64,000 bases of DNA, taken from NCBI RefSeq assembly GCF_020073745.1, contig NZ_JAIRAU010000002.1, positions 145,694-209,693 of the forward strand, in the 5' to 3' direction. Positions 20,481 to 34,212 of this stretch are shown piece after piece (the first letter of the stretch is position 1; each line of letters opens with the position of its first letter). The stretch comes from Nannocystis pusilla (GTDB lineage: Bacteria; Myxococcota_A; Polyangia; Nannocystales; Nannocystaceae). Below the pieces are notes generated by a model. The model made no database searches. It worked only from the letters and a program-made list of their open reading frames with translations, and had not been told where the DNA came from. The position numbers were made by a program, and so were the translations under genes.

Positions 20481-21554
20481 ATGTACGCGCGCCTGTTCGT
20501 CATCACGCTCCTCTCGTGCGCCCTCGCGGCCTGCGGCGACCCCGGTCGCGCCGACGACAGCGGTGCGGCGACGACCCCCGCGTCGACGACGACCTCCGGC
20601 GCGAGCACCACCGTCGACGCCCCGACCTCGAGCACGACCGCCGACGCGCTCACCGGCACCACGAGCAGCGCCGCGACCACCTCGACGACGGACGAGCCGA
20701 CCGGCACCACCGCCGCGAATTCGACGTCGACGACCCAGACCACCGACGCGTCGACGAGCACCACCAGCCCCGACTTCTGCGACCCGCAGGCCGTGGCGGA
20801 CACGACCGCCTTCACTTACGTCAAGAAGTTCGACACCGGTATCCCGGACATGGTCCTGCAGGCCTCGTTCTACAACGGCGACGCCGACGAGGTCGTGATC
20901 ATGTCGTTCAGCGGCAAGGCGCGCCGCTTCACCACCGACGGCACGCCCAAGGGCGACGTCATCGACGTCCCGCCCGAGGCCCTGCCGCAGCTCGACGGCG
21001 CCACCTACGACGCCAAGCAGCAGCGCGGCCTGCTCATCAATCAGAGCTGCATCCTCAACGAGGTCGACCCCGTCACCCTCGCCGTGCTCGAGCCGCCGCA
21101 GCAGCTCGGCTTCGGCATGAGCGTCTGCGCCGGCCTCGCTCTCGGCCTCGACGACAACCTCTACATCGCCAGCTACGGCACCGACGAGCTGGTCGTCCTC
21201 TCGCGCGACGGCATGACGGAGATCCGTCGCGTCGACATGCCCGGGCAGGTCGGCCTGACCGGCTTCGACGGCATCGCCCTGATCGCCGGCAGCGAGAACT
21301 TTCTCGTCATGAGCACCGCGCCCGACGCCCGCGCCGCCATCATCGACCCGCTCGGCGCCGTCGTCGCCCCCGCGACCAAGCTCGGCCTCGCCGAGGCCCC
21401 GTTCCTCGGCGGCGCGCCGATGCTGCCCGACGCCGTCCTCACCCTGTGCGGCAACGGCCACGCCTGGCTGTGCGAGGCCTACGACGCCACCTGCTTCGAC
21501 TTCGCCCCCGACGACGGCGACAAGGACGCCTGCGGCTGCCTGATCCCGCAGTGA
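20481..21554 (+). CDS. lipoprotein with Thr/Ser-rich linker
   Basis: MYARLFVITLLSCALAAC lipobox signal, long T/S-rich low-complexity linker, globular C-terminus with several Cys. Confidence 0.55.
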   Translation: MYARLFVITLLSCALAACGDPGRADDSGAATTPASTTTSGASTTVDAPTSSTTADALTGTTSSAATTSTTDEPTGTTAANSTSTTQTTDASTSTTSPDFCDPQAVADTTAFTYVKKFDTGIPDMVLQASFYNGDADEVVIMSFSGKARRFTTDGTPKGDVIDVPPEALPQLDGATYDAKQQRGLLINQSCILNEVDPVTLAVLEPPQQLGFGMSVCAGLALGLDDNLYIASYGTDELVVLSRDGMTEIRRVDMPGQVGLTGFDGIALIAGSENFLVMSTAPDARAAIIDPLGAVVAPATKLGLAEAPFLGGAPMLPDAVLTLCGNGHAWLCEAYDATCFDFAPDDGDKDACGCLIPQ

Positions 21555-21561
21555 CCTCGAG

Positions 21562-21604
21562 GACATGTCCTCCGAGACAGACATGTCCCGACGGACATGT
21601 CCCG
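21562..21604. repeat. three GGACATGTCC palindromes at convergent junction
   Basis: GGACATGTCC at 21561, GACATGTCCC at 21581 and 21594. The last two are in 14-bp phase. Confidence 0.7.
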
Positions 21605-21606
21605 AT

Positions 21607-22320
21607 CTACCGCGGCGGCCCGTAGATCACGTCCGAGCGCACCGCGTACTTCACGCCCGCCGTCACCTCGGCGCCCTCGTGCAGCAGCAGGTGGTCGAAC
21701 ACCACCGCGCCGCCGGCCTCCGGCGTCAACGCGAACCGCACCTTGTTGTCGAACTTGCGCCCGCGGCCCTCGCCGCGGCGCTGCGACTTGTCCTTCGTCT
21801 CGAAGAAGCGGGTCGCGCCGCCCTCGAATTCCGCGTTGAGGAAGATGACCAGCGACTCGCGCGTCTCGCCGAGCGGCACCGTCGTGCGGACGTCGACGTG
21901 CGGCGAGAAGCGCATCCCGACCTCGTAGCGGTACACGCGGAAGCGGGTGTTCAGCCCGCGCAGCGCAGCGCCCTCGTGCTGAGGGTTGGCCACTTCGCGG
22001 ATCCGCGGCCACAGCCCGGCGGCCAGCTCGGGCGCGTCGAACACCACGCGCAGGTTGTTGCGCGCCGCCAGGTTGACGCGGTACGTATCATCGCCGATCG
22101 CCAGGCCCGCGTGGGTGAAGCCGATCGCCTCGGCCGCCGCGATCAGGCGCTTGCACTCCTTCGGCGACATCACCCCGTGGAGCACATGCACCCCCGGCGC
22201 CACCTCCTCGCGGCGGGCGGTCGCCTCGCGCTCCGCGTCGAGCACCGATTCCACGAGCGCGTGGGGCGCCGCGTGGAACGTGGCCTCGCGGCGGAACGAC
22301 ACGTGCTCGCGGCTCCGCAT
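21607..22320 (-). CDS. 2OG-Fe(II) oxygenase (prolyl 4-hydroxylase-like)
   Basis: HxD...H iron triad (FSPHVDVRT ... LLLHEG). 237 aa. The rest of ORF 21607..24735 is a run-on antisense to the acyl-CoA dehydrogenase gene. Confidence 0.6.
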   Translation of the reverse strand: MRSREHVSFRREATFHAAPHALVESVLDAEREATARREEVAPGVHVLHGVMSPKECKRLIAAAEAIGFTHAGLAIGDDTYRVNLAARNNLRVVFDAPELAAGLWPRIREVANPQHEGAALRGLNTRFRVYRYEVGMRFSPHVDVRTTVPLGETRESLVIFLNAEFEGGATRFFETKDKSQRRGEGRGRKFDNKVRFALTPEAGGAVVFDHLLLHEGAEVTAGVKYAVRSDVIYGPPR

Positions 22321-22463
22321 GCGGGAGTTTCGGCTCACGGTCCTCCTTTTATAGACCACCCGCGGCCGATCGGCGGCGCGGACAATCGACCGGGCTGCGC
22401 CGGGCGCGCAAGGTTCCCATTGGGCCAAACCGCCTCCAGCTTGTCGCCTGTACGGACTTTTCC

Positions 22464-22475
22464 TGAGCTTGCTCA
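22464..22475. promoter_or_regulatory. palindrome TGAGCttGCTCA in divergent promoter region (oxygenase / acyl-CoA dehydrogenase)
   Basis: 5-bp inverted repeat 29 bp upstream of acyl-CoA dehydrogenase start, in a 183-bp divergent intergenic region. Confidence 0.3.
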
Positions 22476-22503
22476 GCATATCGCCGTCGGCTAGTGTCCT
22501 CTC

Positions 22504-24411
22504 GTGGCCAACTACTTCGACGACAACGAAGACCTTCGGTATTACCTGGAGCGCGGCCTCGACTGGGCGCCGATCATCGGCCTCGTCGAGCAGGACTTCC
22601 GCGTCCCGGGCGGGTACGCCTCGGCCGACGAGGCGCTCTCGGCCTACCGCGACATCCTGAGCATGGTCGGCGAGTTCGCGGCCGAGCAGGTCGCGCCGCG
22701 CTCGATGGCCATCGATCAGAAGGGCGTGCACCTGAAGGACGGCGAGGGCCACCTCGCGCCCGAGACCGACGCGCTGTTCGAGCAGATCAAGGGCCTCGAC
22801 CTCCACGGCCTGGCGCTGCCGCGCGAGCTCGGCGGCATCGGCTGCCCGGCGACCGTGCACTTCATGGTGTGCGAGCTGCTGGCGCGGGCCGACAACGTCG
22901 TGATGACCCACTACAACTTCTACAGCGGCATCGCCCTGATGCTCCTGCTGTACTCGGTGCACGAGGGCAGCACCACCTTCGACCGCGAGCAGCGGGTCAT
23001 CACCGGCACGCGCTTCCAGCCGGAGATCGCCGAGATCCTGCGCGGCGACGCGTGGGGCAGCATGGACATCACCGAGCCCGACGCCGGCAGCGACATGGCC
23101 GCGCTCAAGGCCCGCGCCGAGCAGGACGAGCAGGGCAACTGGTACATCACCGGCCAGAAGATCTTCCTCACCTCCGGCCACGGCAAGCACCACATCGTCA
23201 TCGCCCGCACCGAGCCCGACAAGCCCGGCCTCGGCGGCCTGTCGCTGTTCCACGTCCCTGCCTACGAGGACATGCCCGATGGGACACGTCGCCGGATCGC
23301 CGTCATCGACCGGCTCGAGGAGAAGCTCGGCCACCACGGCTCGGCCACCGCCGCGGTCAGCTTCGACCGCGCGCCCGGGCGCCTGATCGGCAAGCGCGGC
23401 GAGGGCTTCCAGCTGATGCTCCTGCTGATGAACAACGCCCGCGTCGGCGTCGGCTTCGAGTCGATCGGCGCCTGCGAGGCCGCCTACCGCAAGGCCAGGG
23501 CCTACGCCGCCGAGCGCCGCAGCATGGGCAAGTCGATCGACCGCCACGAGATGATCGCCGACTTCCTCGACGAGATGCAGACCGAGATCCTCGGCCTGCG
23601 CGCCCTCGCCATGCAGTGCGCCTACCACGAGGAGCTGCACCAGCGGACCAAGATGCAGGGCATCCTCGACACCGACCCCGACAGCATCGAGCGGGCGCGC
23701 GTGCTCAAGCAGGCCAAGCGCCACGGCAACCGGGCCCGCCGGCTCACCCCGCTGCTCAAGTACATCGCCAGCGAGAAGGCCGTCGAGATGTCGCGCAAGT
23801 GCATCCAGATCCTCGGCGGCGCCGGCTACATCCGCGAGTACGGGGCCGAGAAGCTGCTGCGCGACGCCATGGTGCTGCCCATCTACGAGGGCACCAGCCA
23901 GATCCAGTCGCTCATGGCGATGAAGGACGCGATGAGCAACATCATGCGCAACCCGCAGCGCTTCCTCACCCGCGTCGCCCAGGCCCGCTGGCGCAGCCTC
24001 TCGGCCCTCGACGCGCTCGAGCGCCGCGTCGCCCGCCTCACCGCGCTGTCGCTCGCGGCCCAGCAGCACCTGATCCAGCGCACCGCCGCCGACAAGCTGC
24101 GCGGCCTCGGCAAGCACAAGATCACCGAGTGGTCCAAGGAGTTCTTCCAGAACTGGGACCCCAAGCGCGACTTCGCCTACGCCATGCTGCACGCCGAGCG
24201 GCTGACGCGCCTCATGGCCGACGTCGCGATCGTCGAGATCCTCCTCGAGCAGTCGCGCAAGCACCCCGAGCGGCGCAGCATCCTCGAGCGCTGGCTGGAG
24301 CGCGCCGAGCCGCGCTGCAACGCCCTCTTCGAGGAGATCACGACCCGGGGCGACCGCCTGCTGGCCCAGCTCCGCGAGCAGCAGCAGGACGAGGCCGCCT
24401 CGGCGCGCTGA
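22504..24411 (+). CDS. acyl-CoA dehydrogenase (long form with C-terminal extension)
   Basis: ACAD N-terminal, middle and C-terminal domain motifs present (YEGTSQIQ, ILGGAGY). 635 aa. Confidence 0.75.
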   Translation: MANYFDDNEDLRYYLERGLDWAPIIGLVEQDFRVPGGYASADEALSAYRDILSMVGEFAAEQVAPRSMAIDQKGVHLKDGEGHLAPETDALFEQIKGLDLHGLALPRELGGIGCPATVHFMVCELLARADNVVMTHYNFYSGIALMLLLYSVHEGSTTFDREQRVITGTRFQPEIAEILRGDAWGSMDITEPDAGSDMAALKARAEQDEQGNWYITGQKIFLTSGHGKHHIVIARTEPDKPGLGGLSLFHVPAYEDMPDGTRRRIAVIDRLEEKLGHHGSATAAVSFDRAPGRLIGKRGEGFQLMLLLMNNARVGVGFESIGACEAAYRKARAYAAERRSMGKSIDRHEMIADFLDEMQTEILGLRALAMQCAYHEELHQRTKMQGILDTDPDSIERARVLKQAKRHGNRARRLTPLLKYIASEKAVEMSRKCIQILGGAGYIREYGAEKLLRDAMVLPIYEGTSQIQSLMAMKDAMSNIMRNPQRFLTRVAQARWRSLSALDALERRVARLTALSLAAQQHLIQRTAADKLRGLGKHKITEWSKEFFQNWDPKRDFAYAMLHAERLTRLMADVAIVEILLEQSRKHPERRSILERWLERAEPRCNALFEEITTRGDRLLAQLREQQQDEAASAR

Positions 24412-24495
24412 GCCCGATCGCGGGCCCGCAGGCCGGCGCCGCCTGGCCGCGAGCGGGCCGCGCCGGCATGCGCATTTCGGGCCAGCGCGCGCGAG

Positions 24496-25992
24496 ATGGG
24501 GTACCGTCCGGCCCCCATGGCCGCCCGATCCCGCACCGCCGCCGCGCCGCGCCGAGAGCCGCGTCGAGGTGAAGCCACCGGCGCGCGCCCGCCTGCGCCC
24601 CGGCAGGCGAGACCGAAGGGGGCCGCGAAGCCGAACGCCGGCGCCCCTCGGGTGCAGAGCGCCTCGGCGACCGCCCCCCGCGGGCGAGCGAAGGGCGCCG
24701 TCGCGAAGCCGAACTCCGCCGCCTCTCGCGGGCAAAGCGAGTCCGCCGGCGCCTCGACGTCCGCCGCGGCCCGCCGCGGGCGACCGAAGGTTGCCGCCGC
24801 GGAGCCGAACTCCGCCGCGGCCAGCGAGCCTGCAGCCGCTTCGCGTCCCGCCGCGCGCCGCGTGCAGGGCGGGGTGGCCACCTCGGACGTAGTCGTGTCC
24901 GCGCGCGTCGGCGACAACGCCGAGCTGTTCGCGCAGATCCTCGCGCTACATGTCCCGAAGGGCAGCACCGTCGCCGACGTCACCTACGGCCTCGGCGTGT
25001 TCTGGCGCGGCGTCCCGGCCGGTTGTTACACGCTGCTCGCCAGCGACATCGCCCTCAAGCCCGACGTGCGTGCGTGTGCCGGGGCCACGCTCAAGAGCGG
25101 CGTCGACTGCCGCGCCCTGCCGTACGGCGACTCGAGCCTCGACTGCGTCGTCCTCGACCCGCCGTACATGGAGGGCATGTACCGCCGCAGCGTCGACCAC
25201 ATGGCGGGCTCCGGCACCCACGCCGCGTTTCGTCGCGCCTACTCGGCCGCGGCCGCCACCGAGGCCGGCCCGAAGTGGCACGACGCGGTCGTCGACCTCT
25301 ACGAGAGAGCCTGCCGCGAGGCCGCGCGCGTGCTGGTGCCGGGCGGCGTCCTGATCGTCAAGTGCCAGGACGAGGTCAGCGCCAACAAGCAGCGCCTCAC
25401 CCACGTCGAACTGATAACAGGCGGCGAGTCGCTCGGCCTCTACTGCAAGGACCTGTTCGTGCTCGTGCGGCCCAACAGCCCCGGCGTCAGCCGGCTCAAG
25501 GCCCAGGTCCACGCGCGCAAGAACCACTCGTACTTCCTCGTGTTCGAGAAGCGGCGGGTGGCGATCCGCAGCGTCCGCGACTTCCGCGGTGACCTGTCCG
25601 CCGGGACAGCCACGGCCGACCTGTCCCCCGCGCCAGCTCCGGCCCATCCCGGCGCGGGCGACCTGGATCGAGAGACACCCGCGAGCGTCCCCGAGAACAT
25701 GACCGGAGAGACAGCCGCGGACGCCCCCACGAGCTCGCCGCGAGAGACAGCCGCGGACGCCCCCACGCGGCTGCCTCGAGGGACAGCCGCCGAAATCTCC
25801 GCGAGCCTGACCCGAGAGCCAGCCGCGAGCGTCCCGGCGGCCGCGCCGGCGGACCTGCGCGAAGGGACAGCTCAGACCGACCTGTTCTCGGCCCTCTCCA
25901 CCCCCGACCTGGCCGCAAAGACAGCCTTCTCCGCGCCGGCGAAGCGGGCCGCCCGACGCGCCGGCAGGGTGGGGCAGGGGGGTGGCGTCTGA
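24496..25992 (+). CDS. putative DNA (or RNA) amino-methyltransferase with N-terminal AT-hook/H1-like basic repeats and C-terminal TA-rich repeats
   Basis: Motif I-like DVTYGLGVF followed ~70 aa later by catalytic DPPY (gamma-class amino-MTase order). N-terminal ~110 aa are Ala/Lys/Pro-rich with RGRPK/RGRAK AT-hook-like units. C-terminus has (R/G)ETAADAP repeats encoded by GAGACAGCC units. Confidence 0.5.
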   Translation: MGYRPAPMAARSRTAAAPRREPRRGEATGARPPAPRQARPKGAAKPNAGAPRVQSASATAPRGRAKGAVAKPNSAASRGQSESAGASTSAAARRGRPKVAAAEPNSAAASEPAAASRPAARRVQGGVATSDVVVSARVGDNAELFAQILALHVPKGSTVADVTYGLGVFWRGVPAGCYTLLASDIALKPDVRACAGATLKSGVDCRALPYGDSSLDCVVLDPPYMEGMYRRSVDHMAGSGTHAAFRRAYSAAAATEAGPKWHDAVVDLYERACREAARVLVPGGVLIVKCQDEVSANKQRLTHVELITGGESLGLYCKDLFVLVRPNSPGVSRLKAQVHARKNHSYFLVFEKRRVAIRSVRDFRGDLSAGTATADLSPAPAPAHPGAGDLDRETPASVPENMTGETAADAPTSSPRETAADAPTRLPRGTAAEISASLTREPAASVPAAAPADLREGTAQTDLFSALSTPDLAAKTAFSAPAKRAARRAGRVGQGGGV

Positions 25993-26161
25993 GGCGCCGG
26001 CGGCCGCGCGCGAGGAGCGCGATTGCCATTTTGGCAGCGGCCCCCGGACGGCCTGACAATTGCGCGTGACAGCCCCTCCTTGGCTCCAGGAAATGCCTTA
26101 GAATCATTCGCTTTTCACCCAGGACCCCGAATTGCACATCGCGGGTTCGACTCGAGCGCCC

Positions 26162-27571
<1,410 letters not shown>

Positions 27572-27580
27572 CGGAGAGCG

Positions 27581-28633
27581 ATGGAAGCCGTCTTCAAGCA
27601 GCACTTCTGGGTCGTCAAGGCGCTCGGCGTGAGCGTCGCCGCGGCCTTCGCCGCGTCGGCGTTGACCACCTGGCTCGGCACCTCGTACATCTACGACGCC
27701 CGCGAGGACGAGGCGGCCGCCGCCGGCACGGACACCGACGGCGAGGCCAAGGTCGACGAGGAAGACGACGAGGACAAGCCGCTCATCAACCCGCGGATGA
27801 TGTCGAGCCCCTCGCGCGGGCCGAGCGCGGCCGACCGCAACAAGGTCACGCAGACGATCCTCTCGCTCAACCTGTTCTGCCCGACCTGCACCAAGGTCGT
27901 CACGCCCGAGTCGCCCACGGGCGGCCCCGCCGAGGTGCCCGACCTCGGCCCCGGCGAGTTGCCGCAGGTGTCCGGCAAGCAGCCCGGCGAGGCCCCCTGC
28001 ACGCAGCCGCTGCGGCTCATCGCCACGATGGAGACCAACATGCCCGAGTACTCGTGGGCGACCATCCGCGACGAGGAGGACGGCAGCGTCGGCCCGTTCT
28101 GGCCCGGCGATCGCATCCGCCCCGGCGTCTACCTCGTCAGCGTCGAGCGCAGCCTCGTGCACGTCAAGAACGGCGGCGCGCTCGAGTACATCGAGCTCGG
28201 CGTCGAGCCGCCGAAGCCGACCGCCAAGCCGCTGCAGGTGGCCGAGAAGCGGGAAGAGGCGCCGCCGGCGGCCGGGGCCATCCCCGGGGCCGAGGACGCG
28301 ATCAAGTGCGAGAGCGAGAACTCGTGCACCGTCGATCGCATGTTCATCGACAGCCTGTTCGCCAACCCGGCCGCGCTGACCAAGCAGGCGCGGGTGATGC
28401 CGTCGATCAAGGACGGCGAGACCAAGGGCTTCAAGTTCTACGGGATCCGCCCGGGCAGCCTGCCCAAGCTGCTCGGCATGAAGAACGGCGACCTCCTCAC
28501 CTCGGTCAACGGCATCGAGCTGAAGTCGGTCGACCAGGTCATGGGCCTTTTGACCAAGATGCGCAGCGCCAGCAACCTTCAGGTCACGATTGAGCGCAAG
28601 GGCGAGTCGATCACCAAGGACATCACGATCCAA
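27581..28633 (+). CDS. gspC: type II secretion system protein C (GspC-like, PDZ domain)
   Basis: N-terminal TM helix, acidic linker, C-terminal PDZ (GFKFYGIRPGSLPKLLGMKNGDLLTSVNGIEL). Position immediately before secretin gene. Confidence 0.65.
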
Positions 28634-31050
28634 TGATTGCGCGTAGCACCCCCGTTCGCCCCACCGCGTTGGGCCTCGTCTCCCTCGGTCTGGCCGCTCT
28701 GACGCTCGGCCCGACCACCGTCTCCGCGCAGGATCCGACCACCGGCGGTCCCAGCCGCGGCGGCGAGTTGATCGGCGACGAGGGCGGCGGCTCGCCCGGC
28801 GGCGGCCCCATCCCGTTCAACACCTGCAAGAAGACCCCGCGCGGGGCCAAGTTCACGATCACGTTGCCGAAGGAGACCGAGCTCGAGGACCTCGTCAACT
28901 GGATCATGTCGATCACGTGTCAGAAGTTCATCTGGGATCGCAAGGTGCGGTCCGGCAAGGTGACGATCCTGTCCCCCGAGCCAGTCACGGCGGAGGAGGC
29001 GTACGCCGCCTTCTACGCCGCGCTCGAGACGATGGGCCTGACGGTCGAGCCCTCCGGCAAGTACTTCAAGATCGTCGAGACCGCCGACGCCAAGAACCGC
29101 ACGCTGCCGACCTACGGCGACGACGCCGACGCGCCCAACAGCGACCGCTTCGTCACCAAGCTGCTCCGCGTCCGCCACGGCAACGCCAAGGAGATCAGCG
29201 ACGTCATCGGCCAGCTGAAGAGCAAGGCGGGCAGCGTCGACATGGTCGGCAACCTGCTCATCATCACCGACAAGGGCTCGATGGTGCGGCGGCTCGAGAC
29301 CTTCGTCTCCGAGCTCGACCAGCCGATGGGCAGCGAGAAGATCTTCTTCTACCAGCTGCAGTACGCCAACGCCGAGGAGGTCGCGCAGATCATCCGCGAC
29401 ATCTTCGGCGAAGCCAAGGCGAGCAGCGGCGGCGGTGGCGGGGGCGGCGGCTCGGGCAGCCGCGCCGGTCGCCGGGGCGGGGGCGGCGGCGGGGGCGGCG
29501 GCGGGCAGACCGACTCCGCGATCAGCCGCGTGATCGTCGACGAGCGCAGCAGCACGCTCATCATCGTCACCACCGAGTCCGACTACATCGTCATCCGCAA
29601 GCTGATCGAGCGCCTCGACGTCAAGCTGCCGGGCGGCGGCGGCCGGATCCACGTCTACAAGCTCAAGAACGCCGACGCCACCGAGGTCGCGCAGGTGCTG
29701 TCGCAGCTGGCCACCGGCGCCAAGCAGGCCGCCCAGGCCTCGCAGCAGGGCGGGCAGAAGCCGCCCGCGGGCAACCCGGTCAGCGCCGACCTGTTCTCCG
29801 GCGACGTCAAGGTCACGCCCGATCCGGCGACGCGCTCGCTCGTCATCATCGCCTCCGCGGCCGACTACAAGAACCTCGAGCCCGTGATCGAGAAGCTCGA
29901 CCGCGAGCGGCGCCAGCTCTACATCGAGATCTACATGCTCGAGGTGAGCATCAAGCACGGCACCGACGCCGGCGCCGGCGGTCACTTCGGCTACTCGTTC
30001 CCGACTTCGCTGGGGGGCCAGCAGGGCCAGCCGGCGATCGGCCTGGTCAGCAGCGCGCCGACTGCCGCGCTCAACTCGCTGCTGTTGTCGCCCGAGTCGC
30101 TGAAGAACTTCACCGTCGGCCTGATCGGCCCGCTGCTCCCCAACTCGGGCACGATCCTCGGCACCGGCCGCGACGTGCCGGCGTTCGGCGCGGTGATCCA
30201 GGCCCTGCAGACCAGCAGCGACGTCAACGTCGTCAGCGAGCCGCACATGTACGCCGCCGACAACCAGGAGGCGACCATCGAGGTCGGCCGCAACGTCCCG
30301 ACGCCGGGCGCCCTGTCCTTCGGAGCAGGTGGTGGCGGCGGCACCGGCCTGGTCCCGCTGCAGTCGGTCGAGCGCCAGGACGTCACCCTGCGCATCAAGG
30401 TCAAGCCGTACATCAACGACGAGCGCAACGTGACGATGGACGTCGAGGTCGAGGACCGCGACATCACCGAGAAGGACCCGGTGCTCGGCGTCACCACCAC
30501 CAAGCGGCGCATCAAGCTCGACAAGATCGTCGGCCGCGACGGCCAGCCGGTGGTCCTCGGCGGCCTCATCCGCGACCGCGAGGCCGAGAACGTGCGCCAG
30601 GTCCCCGGCCTCGGCTCGATCCCGCTCCTGGGCTGGCTGTTCAAGAACCGCGTCAAGGAGAAGGAGAAGATCAACCTCCTGCTCGTCATGGTGCCGCACA
30701 TCATCGACAGCCCCGACGACGTGCGCCGGATCCACGAGCGGCGCGATCGGGAGCGCCTCGAGTTCATCGAGCGCGAGACCAACTTCCGCAAGCGCGAGCT
30801 CAAGAACAACATCAACTACCGCAAGAAGTCGGGGATCCTGGCCGCGATCGACAAGGAGGCCCGGCGCATGGAGCAGGAGGAGCTGCTGCTGCGTCGCGCC
30901 GAGGAGGAGATGCGGCGCGAGATCATCACCGGCGAGCTCGGCCTGAGCCCGCGCTCGTCCGCGGTCGACGACAACGTCGGCGGCGGCGACGGCGGCGCCA
31001 CGCCGGCGCCGACGGTGACGCCGGCGCCGGTGATCCGGCGCGAGCCCTGA
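28633..31050 (+). CDS. gspD: type II secretion system secretin GspD
   Basis: Signal peptide, N0-N3 domains, Gly-rich linkers, conserved secretin domain (VPGLGSIPLLGWLF). 805 aa. Confidence 0.85.
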   Translation: MIARSTPVRPTALGLVSLGLAALTLGPTTVSAQDPTTGGPSRGGELIGDEGGGSPGGGPIPFNTCKKTPRGAKFTITLPKETELEDLVNWIMSITCQKFIWDRKVRSGKVTILSPEPVTAEEAYAAFYAALETMGLTVEPSGKYFKIVETADAKNRTLPTYGDDADAPNSDRFVTKLLRVRHGNAKEISDVIGQLKSKAGSVDMVGNLLIITDKGSMVRRLETFVSELDQPMGSEKIFFYQLQYANAEEVAQIIRDIFGEAKASSGGGGGGGGSGSRAGRRGGGGGGGGGGQTDSAISRVIVDERSSTLIIVTTESDYIVIRKLIERLDVKLPGGGGRIHVYKLKNADATEVAQVLSQLATGAKQAAQASQQGGQKPPAGNPVSADLFSGDVKVTPDPATRSLVIIASAADYKNLEPVIEKLDRERRQLYIEIYMLEVSIKHGTDAGAGGHFGYSFPTSLGGQQGQPAIGLVSSAPTAALNSLLLSPESLKNFTVGLIGPLLPNSGTILGTGRDVPAFGAVIQALQTSSDVNVVSEPHMYAADNQEATIEVGRNVPTPGALSFGAGGGGGTGLVPLQSVERQDVTLRIKVKPYINDERNVTMDVEVEDRDITEKDPVLGVTTTKRRIKLDKIVGRDGQPVVLGGLIRDREAENVRQVPGLGSIPLLGWLFKNRVKEKEKINLLLVMVPHIIDSPDDVRRIHERRDRERLEFIERETNFRKRELKNNINYRKKSGILAAIDKEARRMEQEELLLRRAEEEMRREIITGELGLSPRSSAVDDNVGGGDGGATPAPTVTPAPVIRREP

Positions 31051-31069
31051 GGCTATCCTCTCGTCTGAC

Positions 31070-32938
<1,869 letters not shown>

Positions 32939-32944
32939 CGAGGC

Positions 32945-34186
32945 ATGCCGGCGTACGCGTACACGGGCCTGCGCAAGGACGGCAAGACGGTCAAGGGCGT
33001 CGAGTCGGCCGACACGGTCGCCGCGCTCAAGGCCAACCTCAAGCGCGCCGGCATCTTCCTGACCGCGGTCAGCGAGACCACGGCGCAGGTGGCGGCGGGC
33101 GGCGGCGCGGGCATGGGCCGCGAGGTCGACCTCGGCGCGCTGTTCGACCGCGTGTCGCAGAAGACGGTGTCGCGCACGACGCGGCTCCTGGCCACGCTGC
33201 TGTGCGCCGGCGTCACGCTGCCGGAGTCGCTGGCGGCGATCACCGAGCAGAGCGAGAGCCGGCGGCTCAAGGGCATCCTCAGCGACATCGCCAACAAGGT
33301 CAACGAGGGCAGCTCGCTGGCCGACGCGTGCGCGCGCTACCCCGACGTCTTCCAGCCGCTGTTCATCAACATGGTCCGCGCCGGCGAGGCGTCGGGCTCC
33401 CTCGAGACGGTGCTCCTGCGCATCGCCGACTTCATGGATCAGCAGGAGGAGCTGAAGGGCAAGGTCACCTCGGCGATGATCTACCCGGCGATCATGACCG
33501 TGCTGTCGGGCGGCATCATCATGATGCTGATGCTCAACGTGGTCCCGCAGATCACGGAGATGTTCGAGGGCATGAACGCCCAGTTGCCGTGGAACACCGC
33601 GTTCCTGATCTGGTTCAGCGACTTCGTGGCCGCGTGGTGGTACCTGCTCATCGCCGCGTTCTTCGGCCTCGGCTGGCTGTTCCGCCGCTGGCGCAAGACC
33701 GACATCGGCCGCGCGACCGGCGACACCATCCTGCTCAAGCTGCCGATCATCGGCGACCTCGCGCGCAAGCTGGCGATCGCGCGCTTCGCCCGTACACTTG
33801 CGACCATGCTCGCGAGCGGCGTGCAACTGCTGGCGGCGCTCGACATCGTGCGCGCGCTGCTCGGCAACTGGGTGCTGGAGAAGGTCGTCGCCACCGCCCG
33901 CGACAACATCCGCGAGGGCGAGGGCATCGCCCCCGCGCTCAAGCGCAGCGGCGAGTTCCCCGCCCTGGTGACGCACATGATCGCGGTCGGCGAGCGCTCC
34001 GGCCAGCTCGAGCAGATGCTCACGGACGTCGCCAACGCCTACGACCGCGAGGTCAACACCGCCCTCACGCGCATGACCGCGCTGCTGGAGCCCCTCATGA
34101 TCGTCGTCATGGGCGGCAGCGTCGGCTTTATCGTGTTCTCGATCATGCAGCCGATCATGATGCTCAACGAAATGGCCGCGCAGTAG
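32945..34186 (+). CDS. gspF: type II secretion inner-membrane platform protein GspF
   Basis: Duplicated GspF/PilC domain, 3 TM segments. 413 aa. Confidence 0.85.
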   Translation: MPAYAYTGLRKDGKTVKGVESADTVAALKANLKRAGIFLTAVSETTAQVAAGGGAGMGREVDLGALFDRVSQKTVSRTTRLLATLLCAGVTLPESLAAITEQSESRRLKGILSDIANKVNEGSSLADACARYPDVFQPLFINMVRAGEASGSLETVLLRIADFMDQQEELKGKVTSAMIYPAIMTVLSGGIIMMLMLNVVPQITEMFEGMNAQLPWNTAFLIWFSDFVAAWWYLLIAAFFGLGWLFRRWRKTDIGRATGDTILLKLPIIGDLARKLAIARFARTLATMLASGVQLLAALDIVRALLGNWVLEKVVATARDNIREGEGIAPALKRSGEFPALVTHMIAVGERSGQLEQMLTDVANAYDREVNTALTRMTALLEPLMIVVMGGSVGFIVFSIMQPIMMLNEMAAQ

Positions 34187-34212
34187 CCCGAGTACCTCAG
34201 GAGAGACCATCC

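Noticed and set aside
21607-24735. 1042-aa ORF on minus strand
   Set aside because: Only the C-terminal 237 aa (21607-22320) form a recognisable 2OG-Fe(II) oxygenase. The rest is antisense to a well-supported acyl-CoA dehydrogenase gene and is Arg/Gly/Ala-rich.
26080-26100. Sigma-54 promoter TGGCTCcaggaaATGCC upstream of first NtrC-like gene
   Set aside because: GG-to-GC spacing is one base off the -24/-12 consensus and the -12 element is ATGC rather than TTGC. Too weak to call.
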